Virus record (IMG/VR): IMGVR_UViG_3300045988_165575
Coordinates: 1-37,825 of that record
DNA: 37,825 nt
Strand: one strand, 5' to 3'
From: a virus
Shown: piece after piece, positions 15,623 through 24,194 of the stretch
Position numbering within the stretch: the first letter of the stretch is position 1
Layout of the letters: every line of letters starts with the position of its first letter
Program-made: the position numbers and the translations under genes
The notes under the pieces: generated by a model
The model's input: only the letters and a program-made list of their open reading frames with translations
What the model was told of the DNA's origin: nothing
Databases searched by the model: none

Positions 15623-17358
15623 CTTTTTCTCATCCTTTCCTTCCAAACATTGCCTTCGACCCTTTTGTTTGAGATAACATTCACTTCAACATCCGGGTAT
15701 AGTTCTTTAAATTGCTGCATTACCCCTTTGCAACTATCGCACATTCCACGTTCGGAAAGCATACATATCTTTTTAAAAGGGTTTGTTTCATACAAATCGG
15801 CAAAGAACTCGAAGAGCTTCGCCTCAGTGTCATTGTAGGTTTCTTTCCTCATCGTTCCATCCGTTTTGGGAACATCAATGTATTTAAAACGTCGAGCCTC
15901 TTTAAGTAAAACTAATTTTCCAGTTCCTTTGTACCCACCGATACTTGCTTTTCCGGATATGGCACTGTGTGCATAGTACATATTGTCAAAATCATCATCG
16001 ATATATGCACCGGCAACGTTTCCGCTTCTTTTGTATTTGTTCGTGAACTGGAGTCTTTTTTCATAAATAACCTTTTTATCAAACCGTAAGATTTCATCAG
16101 TAGATAAATTGCCTGAATCTATCTTGTATTGATTCACCAAGCGGTATTGCCTCTTGAGCGTCTTCCACTTCTCAGGATCATTATACTTTATTTTTAAGAA
16201 TTCATCAAGAGAATCCGGCACATTTTCTTTTAAGACTGCCGAATACCGTTCGAACTGATCTCTATTGTAGGAGGACACTTGTGTCAAAGTCTTGGGCGGA
16301 TAATATTTAAGCTTCCCGGTAAGAGGATTTATATTATCCGCAAGCCACTCTTCATATGTCGTTTCTGCCGGAATAAGCACCGTTTTCCCGGTCTCGGGAT
16401 CCAATGCCCTGCGTTTGAGTTCGGCTCGGTTTTGTCCCTCTATGACTGCCGTTGTAGTGCAGCGGTCGTTCGGATGGAGCGGCGGATAGTTTATGCCCTC
16501 CTTCGCTTCGGAGACCGGAAAAGTCTTGCCGTCCAACGCGCCGCAGACATCACAGGTGCGCCCGTCAAGGGTGGCGAGAAATCTGTATTCCGTTATGCCT
16601 TCCTCTTCGTATGCCACCTTTTCGGCGGCGTTATGCACACGGTTTGTCTCGGTGCGTATCAGCCGCATCGAGCTGTACATTCCGGACTGCATCGCGTCGG
16701 CGAGCTGGCGCGCCATTACCTGCGGACCCGCTCCCGTCATAATCCCACGCGCCACAATACCGTATGCGCTGTTGGCAAGCGCGGATGTGTTCTGCCAGAT
16801 ACGGTCGGAAAAATTCGCGCCTTTCCATCGGTCATTTACTATGGTGTTTACGGCACCTTTCGGCAGGGCTGAGAATTCAAAGCCTAATCCCGTGCCGATC
16901 TGCGTGGCATATATGCTGCGATAGTATGTATCCCCGCTCACGTCTTCAAGCAGCCGCTTGAGTTCCCGCTTCTCCCGGTCGGCAAGCAATGCAGTTTCCG
17001 TCTCGATATTGGCTTTCAAAGCCTCAAGGCGATTTATTCTCGCGGCGTATGCCGGCGCATTGAGACGTGCAAGCGCTTTTCTCTTTATGACCGGGTCTTT
17101 TATATTATTGATTTCTTTGCGCAGTGCCTCCAATTCCGCTTCCGCTTCTATGGTGTTCAACATCCGACGAGCTTCTTCCGGCGTCAATTCGCCGTTTGCC
17201 GCATAACGCGAAAATATCCGATTTATGCGGGCGTCGAGGTCCTTCTGCGCCTTGGCGTATAACTTGACCGTTTTTGTCTTTATAGCCCGCGTCGAGGCAC
17301 GTCGGGCGTATTCCTCGCGCTGCAGTGCCCGCTCCTCCCAATAGAGATCAGAGCGCAT
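15619..17358 (-). CDS. MuF/SPP1 gp7-like minor head protein fused to a C-terminal toxin-like domain (deaminase-like signature)
   Basis: The MuF region runs to TCDVCGALDG...HPNDRCT (about residue 300). The C-terminal 135 aa carry D510-T-E512 and C540-D-S-C543, 28 residues apart. Confidence 0.8.
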   Translation of the reverse strand: MRSDLYWEERALQREEYARRASTRAIKTKTVKLYAKAQKDLDARINRIFSRYAANGELTPEEARRMLNTIEAEAELEALRKEINNIKDPVIKRKALARLNAPAYAARINRLEALKANIETETALLADREKRELKRLLEDVSGDTYYRSIYATQIGTGLGFEFSALPKGAVNTIVNDRWKGANFSDRIWQNTSALANSAYGIVARGIMTGAGPQVMARQLADAMQSGMYSSMRLIRTETNRVHNAAEKVAYEEEGITEYRFLATLDGRTCDVCGALDGKTFPVSEAKEGINYPPLHPNDRCTTTAVIEGQNRAELKRRALDPETGKTVLIPAETTYEEWLADNINPLTGKLKYYPPKTLTQVSSYNRDQFERYSAVLKENVPDSLDEFLKIKYNDPEKWKTLKRQYRLVNQYKIDSGNLSTDEILRFDKKVIYEKRLQFTNKYKRSGNVAGAYIDDDFDNMYYAHSAISGKASIGGYKGTGKLVLLKEARRFKYIDVPKTDGTMRKETYNDTEAKLFEFFADLYETNPFKKICMLSERGMCDSCKGVMQQFKELYPDVEVNVISNKRVEGNVWKERMRKR

Positions 17359-18893
17359 TATTCATCATCCTTTTCGGAATCGTCCTTGTCGTCATCGTCG
17401 CCGATAAACATCTTTGCGTTTTCCTCGCGCTGCTTCTGCAGCTCTTCATACGCCTGCGCGACATCATCAACAAACGGGTGCTTTGCTAAAAGCATCTTAT
17501 CAGGCACAAGCCCTTGCGACTTCTGGATTATGTCCACCGTCTCCGCATCATTGACTATCATCGACTTGTGGACATCGTATTTTATAAGCGTATAGTCATA
17601 GTCGGTACCGTTCTTCAGGTTGATATCCTGCGTAATAAACCATGACAGCTCTTTCAGCATGACCTTTAACTTTGAGACAAGCGGGTCAGCCTTAAGGTCA
17701 AGCAGAGTGTAGCGAAATTTCAGACTGACGCCTGACGGCGCACTGCCGAGCTTTTCATCGTTCATATCAATGCCGCGTCCGATATGATATATGTCCCGGC
17801 GCAGCATATCGAGCCAGGCGAGGCGCTCGGTGACATTAAGTGTGACCTGCTCCGCGCTTATCTTGCCGGACGGATCGCTTATTGACACCGCCTTGTTTAT
17901 CTGCAGCTTCTGCTGTATCGCTTTTGCGGTCTCGCCGCCGTATCCCTGTATCATCCAGTAAAGCTCGACGAGATCTATCTGATTGTTCGTCGACGCGGAA
18001 GATATCAGGTTGTATGCGTCAAGCAGACCTTTGATCCGCGAAAGATCGGTCTGATGTGCAGAGTTGTTATAAAGCGGAACAAACGGAATTCTTCCCCAAG
18101 ACCGCGCTTCAACCGAAACGCGCTCGTCGTTGATTATCTGCTCGTTATACCAGTGCGGGCTGTTGCTTTCGAGCACAAACTCTCCGGCATCGTTTTCGAC
18201 ATAGCGTTTTACCCCTGTCGCAGTCCACCACTCTACCCGCTCCCGCTCCGTCTCTGTGCCGTTTTGCACGACGGTTATTTTATAATGGCGGAAAAAGTCG
18301 GTAATCACCTGCTGATAGCTCATATCGCGGCAGGCAATACATTCCGTCGTCGGGATAACAACAAAACAAAGCCTGCCGGCTGCCGAGTAATAGACATGCA
18401 GCCATCCGACGATACAATTCGACGCATTTGTTGCGAGGTCGGGGAGCATGTCCACAAAAGCCTCGTCTGAGGTCACTGCGGTGACGGCGTCCTCAAAAGC
18501 TTTCAGACTTTCATCTGCACCGCCCGCTCCGTCATTTACGCCCTCAACAGAGACGGAAAGTGGCTTGCCGAGGATGTACGCGACCTTCTGGTCGACCATC
18601 AGCGCATGGAAATTATGCACATTGTGGTGATTCGAATTGTTTTCGTTGATTATCTTAACACCGCCGCGCTTTATGCCCGCCGGGCTGTTTTCGTCTTCTT
18701 CGTAGACGACCGTCTCGCGAAAATCTTTCTGCAGAATGTCCTGCATACCGCGATAATATCGGAGTCCCTCGCATGCCGCCAGATAATCCGGGTCTTCCCG
18801 CGCATTTTTAAGCACGGTTTTGATAATCTCATCGTCCGTAGCCGTATGGTGATACGCGAGCTTTTCTCTTATCAAGTCCATATTGTTAATCAT
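17358..18893 (-). CDS. Portal protein (SPP1 gp6-like)
   Basis: 511 aa with an acidic C-terminus, located between TerL and MuF. It overlaps each neighbour by 1 nt. Confidence 0.85.
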   Translation of the reverse strand: MINNMDLIREKLAYHHTATDDEIIKTVLKNAREDPDYLAACEGLRYYRGMQDILQKDFRETVVYEEDENSPAGIKRGGVKIINENNSNHHNVHNFHALMVDQKVAYILGKPLSVSVEGVNDGAGGADESLKAFEDAVTAVTSDEAFVDMLPDLATNASNCIVGWLHVYYSAAGRLCFVVIPTTECIACRDMSYQQVITDFFRHYKITVVQNGTETERERVEWWTATGVKRYVENDAGEFVLESNSPHWYNEQIINDERVSVEARSWGRIPFVPLYNNSAHQTDLSRIKGLLDAYNLISSASTNNQIDLVELYWMIQGYGGETAKAIQQKLQINKAVSISDPSGKISAEQVTLNVTERLAWLDMLRRDIYHIGRGIDMNDEKLGSAPSGVSLKFRYTLLDLKADPLVSKLKVMLKELSWFITQDINLKNGTDYDYTLIKYDVHKSMIVNDAETVDIIQKSQGLVPDKMLLAKHPFVDDVAQAYEELQKQREENAKMFIGDDDDKDDSEKDDE

Positions 18894-20125
18894 TAAGTTA
18901 CCCTCACATTCTGCTGGTCGTTCTCTGTGGCGTAGCGCGTGGCGTCAATCGTGTGGTTGTCTCTATCGGGATAGTTCGCCTTATAATTGCCGTCCTTATC
19001 CCGTTCGAGCTCATACGATGAAAATTCCCGCGCCGCATTTGGACAGCGGGCGGAATCTATTATTATTTCGTCGAGGTCGCGCAGCCATTCTATGCCGTGC
19101 TTCACGCTGTCCGGACCCTTGCGTGCGCCTCTGACTCTCAGGCCGTATTCATACATATCCGCTATAGACTTCGGTTCGGCGGAGTCTGCGATAATTTCGC
19201 CGGCAACTCCACGAGATTTTATACGGTCGGCGGCAAGTCTGTTGCTCATGCCCGCCGCGTATATCTCATCGTATATGTACAGCCGCCTGCGCGGCTTGTC
19301 ATAGTTGCACGATATAAAAACAAACGGGTCAACCGCATAGCCCCAGTCTATGCCGCGCCTGATACGGTCAAACCGCGCAATCTCTTCATTGCTGATGGGT
19401 CGGATACTGATGTTCCGGAATACCTCGCCGCCCGTGCCGGTGACTTCCCCGAGGAACTCGTGCCTATATCGTTCCGGAGAGTGCTGTTTCAGGTGCTCCG
19501 CCTCCAACAGCAGCGGCGCGCCTATCCAGTCCTGCGGCACAGTCAAATATGTGCTGTGATGTACCAGGCGGTCGGCGCGCTCTACGCGCACCTCATCATT
19601 CACCCATGCCCTCAGCGACTCGGGGGGATTGTACGAATAAAAAACATCGAATTTACTGCCGCCGCGCATGACCGACTGCAGCACATTATCGGTTTCCCGT
19701 ATCCCGGAAAACTGATTCCATTCCTCGAACCAGATATAACGAAAATAGCCGAACGGGATTTTTATGGACTTGACTTTCATCGGATCGTCAAGACCTCGAA
19801 ACATAATCGTTTGCCCGCTCGGCAGATATGTGATTTTCATCGGACTGACCGTCGCTTTAAAATACTGCGACACGCCCAGTTTATCAATAGCCCACAGCAT
19901 TTGTGCAAAAACGCTGTCCCGCAGCGTGTCTGCAATTTTGCGGAACACGATCGCGTGCGCGTCAGGGTTTTTAATGATGCCGCAGACAATTTCAAGCGAT
20001 ATATAGCTGCTCTTCGTGCTTCCGCGCCCGCCTTTAAGCACATAGTGCGTATGCTGCCCAGCACACACATCGCGATGCACCTCATAAAACGACGGCGCGA
20101 TTATGTCAGTAAGCCTGACGGCCAT
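18893..20125 (-). CDS. terL: Terminase large subunit (PBSX/Terminase_3-like)
   Basis: A Walker A-like motif, LKGGRGSTKS, lies near the N-terminus. 410 aa. Confidence 0.85.
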   Translation of the reverse strand: MAVRLTDIIAPSFYEVHRDVCAGQHTHYVLKGGRGSTKSSYISLEIVCGIIKNPDAHAIVFRKIADTLRDSVFAQMLWAIDKLGVSQYFKATVSPMKITYLPSGQTIMFRGLDDPMKVKSIKIPFGYFRYIWFEEWNQFSGIRETDNVLQSVMRGGSKFDVFYSYNPPESLRAWVNDEVRVERADRLVHHSTYLTVPQDWIGAPLLLEAEHLKQHSPERYRHEFLGEVTGTGGEVFRNISIRPISNEEIARFDRIRRGIDWGYAVDPFVFISCNYDKPRRRLYIYDEIYAAGMSNRLAADRIKSRGVAGEIIADSAEPKSIADMYEYGLRVRGARKGPDSVKHGIEWLRDLDEIIIDSARCPNAAREFSSYELERDKDGNYKANYPDRDNHTIDATRYATENDQQNVRVT

Positions 20126-20126
20126 A

Positions 20127-20513
20127 TTAGCCGCCTCCTATATCGTCGATAATCTGCGGCGCGTTGACGGAGACTTCTTTTTTTTCAACCGCTGTAAAAC
20201 CCGCTCGGTCAAGAATATCTTTTGCGGCCGCGATGATATCACGGTCATCGGCATACTTTTTCTTCAAAATTCCTGCCATTGCTTCCTGGGCATCGGCGGC
20301 GTCATATAAAAAGCGACGCCGGATACTCTCCGCGATTTCTTCCTCTCGCCGCGCCATATATTCCTGCGCATCTTGGCGTTTTAAAATATATGTCGCCATC
20401 GTCGCCGCCGACCTTTCGGAATAACCGGCAGCAATAGCCGACTCGCGTGCTGCCCCGTATGCCCTTTTTCTTTTAACAAATTCATCACAAAAAGTAATCA
20501 TCCGCTCTGTCAT
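20127..20513 (-). CDS. terS: Terminase small subunit (Terminase_2-like)
   Basis: ITFCDEFV...AAGYSERSA is typical of this family. The start was set to ATG 20513, downstream of GGAGGTGG. Confidence 0.75.
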   Translation of the reverse strand: MTERMITFCDEFVKRKRAYGAARESAIAAGYSERSAATMATYILKRQDAQEYMARREEEIAESIRRRFLYDAADAQEAMAGILKKKYADDRDIIAAAKDILDRAGFTAVEKKEVSVNAPQIIDDIGGG

Positions 20514-20593
20514 TCGACTCTGCCACCTCCTCTGTTTTATAAAAGTCACAAAGGCTTTTAATTTGTCGCGCGCGTGAGAGTTTTATAATGCTA

Positions 20594-21166
20594 TTATAAA
20601 TTAAATATTTTTTTGTATTCATCCCTTATTTCTCGAAAAAACGAGCTGTAAAAGTCAAACAGTTCCGCTGATTTCTCCAAGCGGAACTGCTCAACTTTTG
20701 GATTTTCGTTAAGGTTTGAGGACGATTCGATAACAAACTTTCCGGCATCGGTATCGAAAAGCATCACCTTAGAATGGTTGTTGTACATATTCACGGTCCA
20801 ACCGTTTGTTTTGAATATGTCGGTTATCTGTTCGAGATATCCATACCCGCGATTATGCTCGCAATTGTCTTTCATCGCACCGCCGACGAGCAAATCAACC
20901 TTGTCCAATCTACCATCATTGTGCAGACCGTCAAGCATCTGCGCCTGCCGAACACCGGCGCGCAGCGTTGACGCAAACAGACTCTTTATGCGCGTCTGAC
21001 CGGCAATTTAAACGATAAAGGCAATCGAGCTGAACCCGCCGGATGTAATATACACAAAGCTTTCGTCTTCCGGAAACTTTGGAGTCAGGTCTTCTATTAT
21101 CGCGTTTTCGCGCATAATGTTAAAACTCTGTCGCTTCTTCGGCTGAGTAAATACTTTGTTCTCCAT
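20594..21166 (-). pseudogene. HKD (PLD-superfamily) nuclease-like gene interrupted by an in-frame TAA at 21008-21010
   Basis: ATG 21166 opens a 52-codon ORF that ends at the TAA. The same frame continues into the 114-aa ORF, which contains HSKVMLFD...SSSN (an HxK(x)4D motif). Confidence 0.55.
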
Positions 21167-21177
21167 TTTTTACCATG

Positions 21178-21200
21178 AAAAAAGCAGCCTTTTAGGCTGC
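21178..21200 (-). terminator. Rho-independent terminator after the 177-aa gene
   Basis: On the minus strand, GCAGCC-taaaa-GGCTGC is followed by TTTTTT. Confidence 0.65.
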
Positions 21201-21205
21201 GCATG

Positions 21206-21739
21206 TTATTTTTTTCTGTCGCCGAACTCATATCCTACTCTGCTCTTGGCAACAAGCAGCCACGTCGGATATGCGGCTTGAATCTCGCGCACATGCATGC
21301 GGTATGTCGGCGCGAAAAGAACATCGGCCATGTCTTTTGACGCTTCCGTTCTAAACGCTTCTGAAAATTTCGTGCTGAGACCTACCGTTCGAATCTTTTT
21401 GATAACCGAAGTATCCCGATCAATAAGCATGATCGTAAGGTTATAGCCCTCGCCTTCTTCCGGCTTTGGAAGATTGGTCAGTTTGCTAAGTTGAATAGCA
21501 TACGGCATTTCAGCCCAAGCAAGCGTTCCGAGCTTGCAGAACAGGAAAAGTATATCGTCTATTCTTGCCAAGCGAATCTCACCGGGAACACTGGGCTCGA
21601 AAGCCTGCATTTCTTCTTCGGTCGGCGAGCTGTAGTAATAAAAAATATTAAGTCCCGCTTCATCGACCTCAAATACGGTGCAATCTTCGTTGTATCCGTC
21701 GAGGATGTGTGTTTCCTCTCCGACCTTAAAAACATTCAT
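21206..21739 (-). CDS. Hypothetical 177-aa protein in a self-contained cassette
   Basis: It has a GAGGGAGA RBS, its own promoter and its own terminator. I recognise no motif and no TM segment. Confidence 0.7.
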   Translation of the reverse strand: MNVFKVGEETHILDGYNEDCTVFEVDEAGLNIFYYYSSPTEEEMQAFEPSVPGEIRLARIDDILFLFCKLGTLAWAEMPYAIQLSKLTNLPKPEEGEGYNLTIMLIDRDTSVIKKIRTVGLSTKFSEAFRTEASKDMADVLFAPTYRMHVREIQAAYPTWLLVAKSRVGYEFGDRKK

Positions 21740-21767
21740 TTCGTGATTCTCCCTCGTCTTTTTTTCG

Positions 21768-21796
21768 AGTATATCACAAAATCAAAGTTCTTTCAA
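21768..21796 (-). promoter_or_regulatory. Sigma-A-type promoter of the 177-aa gene
   Basis: On the minus strand: TTGAAA, a 17-nt spacer ending in TGa, and TATACT. Confidence 0.6.
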
Positions 21797-21823
21797 GTTT
21801 TCACTGTCCAACAAAACGGACTG

Positions 21824-21856
21824 TAAAAGCGCACCTCCCGGCTCACAGAGAGGTGC
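21824..21856 (-). terminator. Hairpin terminator closing the methyltransferase transcription unit
   Basis: On the minus strand, GCACCTC-tctgtgagccgg-GAGGTGC is followed by gctttta. The T-run is weak. Confidence 0.45.
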
Positions 21857-22215
21857 GTCAAATGAAGGTGTTGGCGGCGCGCGGAGTCAAACCGCGCCTT
21901 CGGTGTCATTAGCCCCGGAGATAACCGTATGCCGCCATATGTGCCGCCCGAGCTGCGTCTTTTCATCAGTCATCGTTTTACCGTCCGCAAACTTGTGCGC
22001 CCAATTTGTACAGGGTGCCCGATACTTAACTTCTCGCGCTTCCTCGCCCTCTTGGCGGCAGAAATTAAATGCATGAGAGTTTTGAACCTATGATGCTTTG
22101 AGTCGAACAAAACACCTTGAGGAATCGGACCTCGCCTACTCTCTGGACAGCCGCTGCCCATGTGCTTTTGTATAAAAGCCCTGCTATTAAAACCCGCCGC
22201 AGGGCGAGGCGGTGA
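21857..22215 (-). ncRNA. Candidate structured non-coding RNA region (unclassified)
   Basis: This GC-rich gap has no RBS-led ORF. Nested complementarities are visible: cctcgccct/agggcgagg, ggcgg/ccgcc, gctttt/aaaagc, gagagt/actctc and gagg/cctc. Confidence 0.3.
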
Positions 22216-22230
22216 AAGGAGAAAAGAATT

Positions 22231-22992
22231 TTATGTAGAACTCTGTTTCAGCCGTTCGGCGATCCGGTTTTGAGCAACGCGATAATATCGCTCGTCTTTT
22301 TCAAACCCGGTGTAGTGCCGTCCGGTGTTGATGCAGGCGATAGCGGTCGTCCCGCTCCCCATGCAATTATCAAGCACTGTATCGCCCACATTGGTGTATG
22401 TGCGGATGAGGTATTCAAACAGCGCGACCGGCTTTTGCGTCGGGTGCAAGCCCCGCTCGCAGTTGATCTGTAGCAGATTCCGAGGATATCCGGTCACATA
22501 TCGCAGCGAATCTTTGCCGAGGGTGCTGTCTTTGTAAATGCCATCCGTTTCGCGCTTGCCTTTTACGGCTATAGGCCTCTCAAGGTGCTTGATGCCTTGC
22601 GGGTTGTATGTCGGCGCTTTTTTGTAAAAAACACAAACATCCTCGATGCAGCGCATCGGCTGATATTTTGCAAAGGTAAATCCGGTCGGCATATTTTTCT
22701 GCCAATACCAGCAGTAGCGGAAAAATCGGCGGCAGCTGTTAATGACGTCGGTCGTAAACGGCTGTGCGGCCGTAAGCACCACAGCGCCGTTGCCTTTCAG
22801 AATCCGCCAATACTGCGACCACAAAAGGCCAAAGTCCAGCGCGTTATCCCACGCGCAGTCCGTCATGCCGTATGGCAGATCGCAAAGAATCATGTCAATG
22901 CTGTTGTCAGGATAGATTTTCATCCCGGCGATTCCGTCGCCGAGAAATATCTTGTCCAAGTACTCCAAGTTACACTTCCTCCAGTGATTCAA
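22231..22992 (-). CDS. Orphan DNA methyltransferase (N6/N4 type, beta class)
   Basis: It has the catalytic DLPYG motif, HPTQKP, and the AdoMet-binding motif DNCMGSGTT. The real start may be TTG 22968, which has GGAGG 9 nt upstream. Confidence 0.85.
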   Translation of the reverse strand: MNHWRKCNLEYLDKIFLGDGIAGMKIYPDNSIDMILCDLPYGMTDCAWDNALDFGLLWSQYWRILKGNGAVVLTAAQPFTTDVINSCRRFFRYCWYWQKNMPTGFTFAKYQPMRCIEDVCVFYKKAPTYNPQGIKHLERPIAVKGKRETDGIYKDSTLGKDSLRYVTGYPRNLLQINCERGLHPTQKPVALFEYLIRTYTNVGDTVLDNCMGSGTTAIACINTGRHYTGFEKDERYYRVAQNRIAERLKQSST

Positions 22993-23078
22993 AAAATCCG
23001 GAATTCCGCGCTTTTCGCTTATCAGAGTACTCTACACTACCCATTATAGGCTCAAGTTGGTCCCCTTTGTGCACTCTT

Positions 23079-23477
23079 TTATTTTTGCTCGCGGTCGAGG
23101 ATGCAAAAGAATTTGTGGCGGAGATTATAAAACTGCCTGCGCCCGCTCGGCACCGGCATATATTCATACGGCGTCCCCTGCGTGACGTTCTTGAGCAACG
23201 GTGTTATCAGTCCGACATCAGAGCCGCAGGCAAGCTTCACGCACCGCTCAATTAGTGCGACATCTTTCTTTTCCCGCTCCCGGCTTTCTGCCCTTTTTGC
23301 CGTCGGATCAGAGCAGCCCGAAGCGGACGGCATCCCGGATGGCGCCGCCGCCGATAAAGCATATGTATCTTTTGCCCGCTCCTTTTTTCGTGGATACTGT
23401 AGGCAAAAGTATTTCAGCTCCCGATAGCGTTCGCGGGGTATGTCATATTTTTTTGGCAGATCCTTATCTCTCGGCAT
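23079..23477 (-). CDS. Putative late-gene transcriptional activator (RinA/ArpU-like by position)
   Basis: 132 aa, basic, upstream of the packaging region. The C-terminal helix pattern ...IERCVKLA...LLKNVTQG... is present. Sequence assignment is weak. Confidence 0.4.
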   Translation of the reverse strand: MPRDKDLPKKYDIPRERYRELKYFCLQYPRKKERAKDTYALSAAAPSGMPSASGCSDPTAKRAESREREKKDVALIERCVKLACGSDVGLITPLLKNVTQGTPYEYMPVPSGRRQFYNLRHKFFCILDREQK

Positions 23478-23868
23478 TGTCGTTTCCCCTTAACAGCTCT
23501 GGGTTATCGTGTATATTCCCGACAACCTCAAATTCGGCCGAATCATAGTCAAATGTTGTAAATTTCATGCCCGCTCGCCCGATAAAACTTGCGAGACCGT
23601 TGTCATAGTCAATTTGATAAATGCACATTTTGCCAAACCAAAATCTCTTCACTATATCGCCCTCAAAAATCTTTGTGCCGTTTTTATCCTTTAATCCTGC
23701 GTATTGCCCCACAGTTTCAGGATTAACAAAAATTCGACATTTGTTTCCAAACCTATCGGGATATATAATTATTGCTCTGTCGTCCTCAGTTGTGTCCAAA
23801 CTGCCAAAGCACCAACTATGATTTATGACTCCGGAAAAATCTTTACCTCTAAACAGTATTTCTCTCAT
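23464..23868 (-). CDS. YopX family protein
   Basis: MREILFRGK...GQYAGLKDKNGTKIFEGDIV...VVGNIHDNPELL is characteristic of YopX. Confidence 0.8.
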   Translation of the reverse strand: MREILFRGKDFSGVINHSWCFGSLDTTEDDRAIIIYPDRFGNKCRIFVNPETVGQYAGLKDKNGTKIFEGDIVKRFWFGKMCIYQIDYDNGLASFIGRAGMKFTTFDYDSAEFEVVGNIHDNPELLRGNDNAER

Positions 23869-24146
23869 TGTCTACCTTCGCCTCTTTTCGCTTTTATTTC
23901 TATCCGGCTGCAATAGTCGTTCTCTTTCACAAGTCCGCCATATTCTTCACAATAGCAATAAGTTTCGCAATTGACAAAGTTTTTACAGTCTTTGCAATGC
24001 AAAATTTTTTCGGCAGCAATGTGCTCTTTCAACGCTTCAATCGCGCACTCCATCGCGTTGCATTGCGGACACTCGTCAAAGCACTTCCCTTGGCTCATCT
24101 CTGCCTCAAAAAATTCAAGTGCTTTTTCTGCTCTCGTTTGGTTCAT
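23865..24146 (-). CDS. Cys-rich hypothetical protein
   Basis: 93 aa with several CxxC pairs and a GGAGG RBS. Confidence 0.55.
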   Translation of the reverse strand: MNQTRAEKALEFFEAEMSQGKCFDECPQCNAMECAIEALKEHIAAEKILHCKDCKNFVNCETYCYCEEYGGLVKENDYCSRIEIKAKRGEGRQ

Positions 24147-24194
24147 TTTGTTTTCCTCCTCTTCGTCGTGAAACTTGACACATTTACAAGGCTT

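Noticed and set aside
19097-20152. 351-aa plus-strand ORF
   Set aside because: It is a shadow ORF opposite the terminase large subunit gene, which has clear Walker A and family features. High GC keeps antisense frames open.
7269-21010. Stop-codon reassignment (recoded phage genetic code) as an explanation for the in-frame TGA (7269) and TAA (21008)
   Set aside because: The two interruptions use different stop codons. Both TGA and TAA clearly terminate many well-delimited genes here (for example the MuF toxin and the PcfJ-like gene end in TGA, and the endolysin and portal genes end in TAA). Both affected genes are accessory, so pseudogenisation or sequence error is more parsimonious.
21970-22161. 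63-aa minus-strand ORF in the gap downstream of the methyltransferase
   Set aside because: It has no Shine-Dalgarno sequence and a highly basic, low-complexity sequence. It lies within a region with extensive base-pairing potential, so it is treated as part of a candidate structured RNA.
22993-23078. 10-bp palindrome CGGAATTCCG followed by a T-run as a terminator upstream of the methyltransferase
   Set aside because: After allowing a loop, the stem would be only 3 bp. It is more likely a coincidental palindrome containing an EcoRI-type site.
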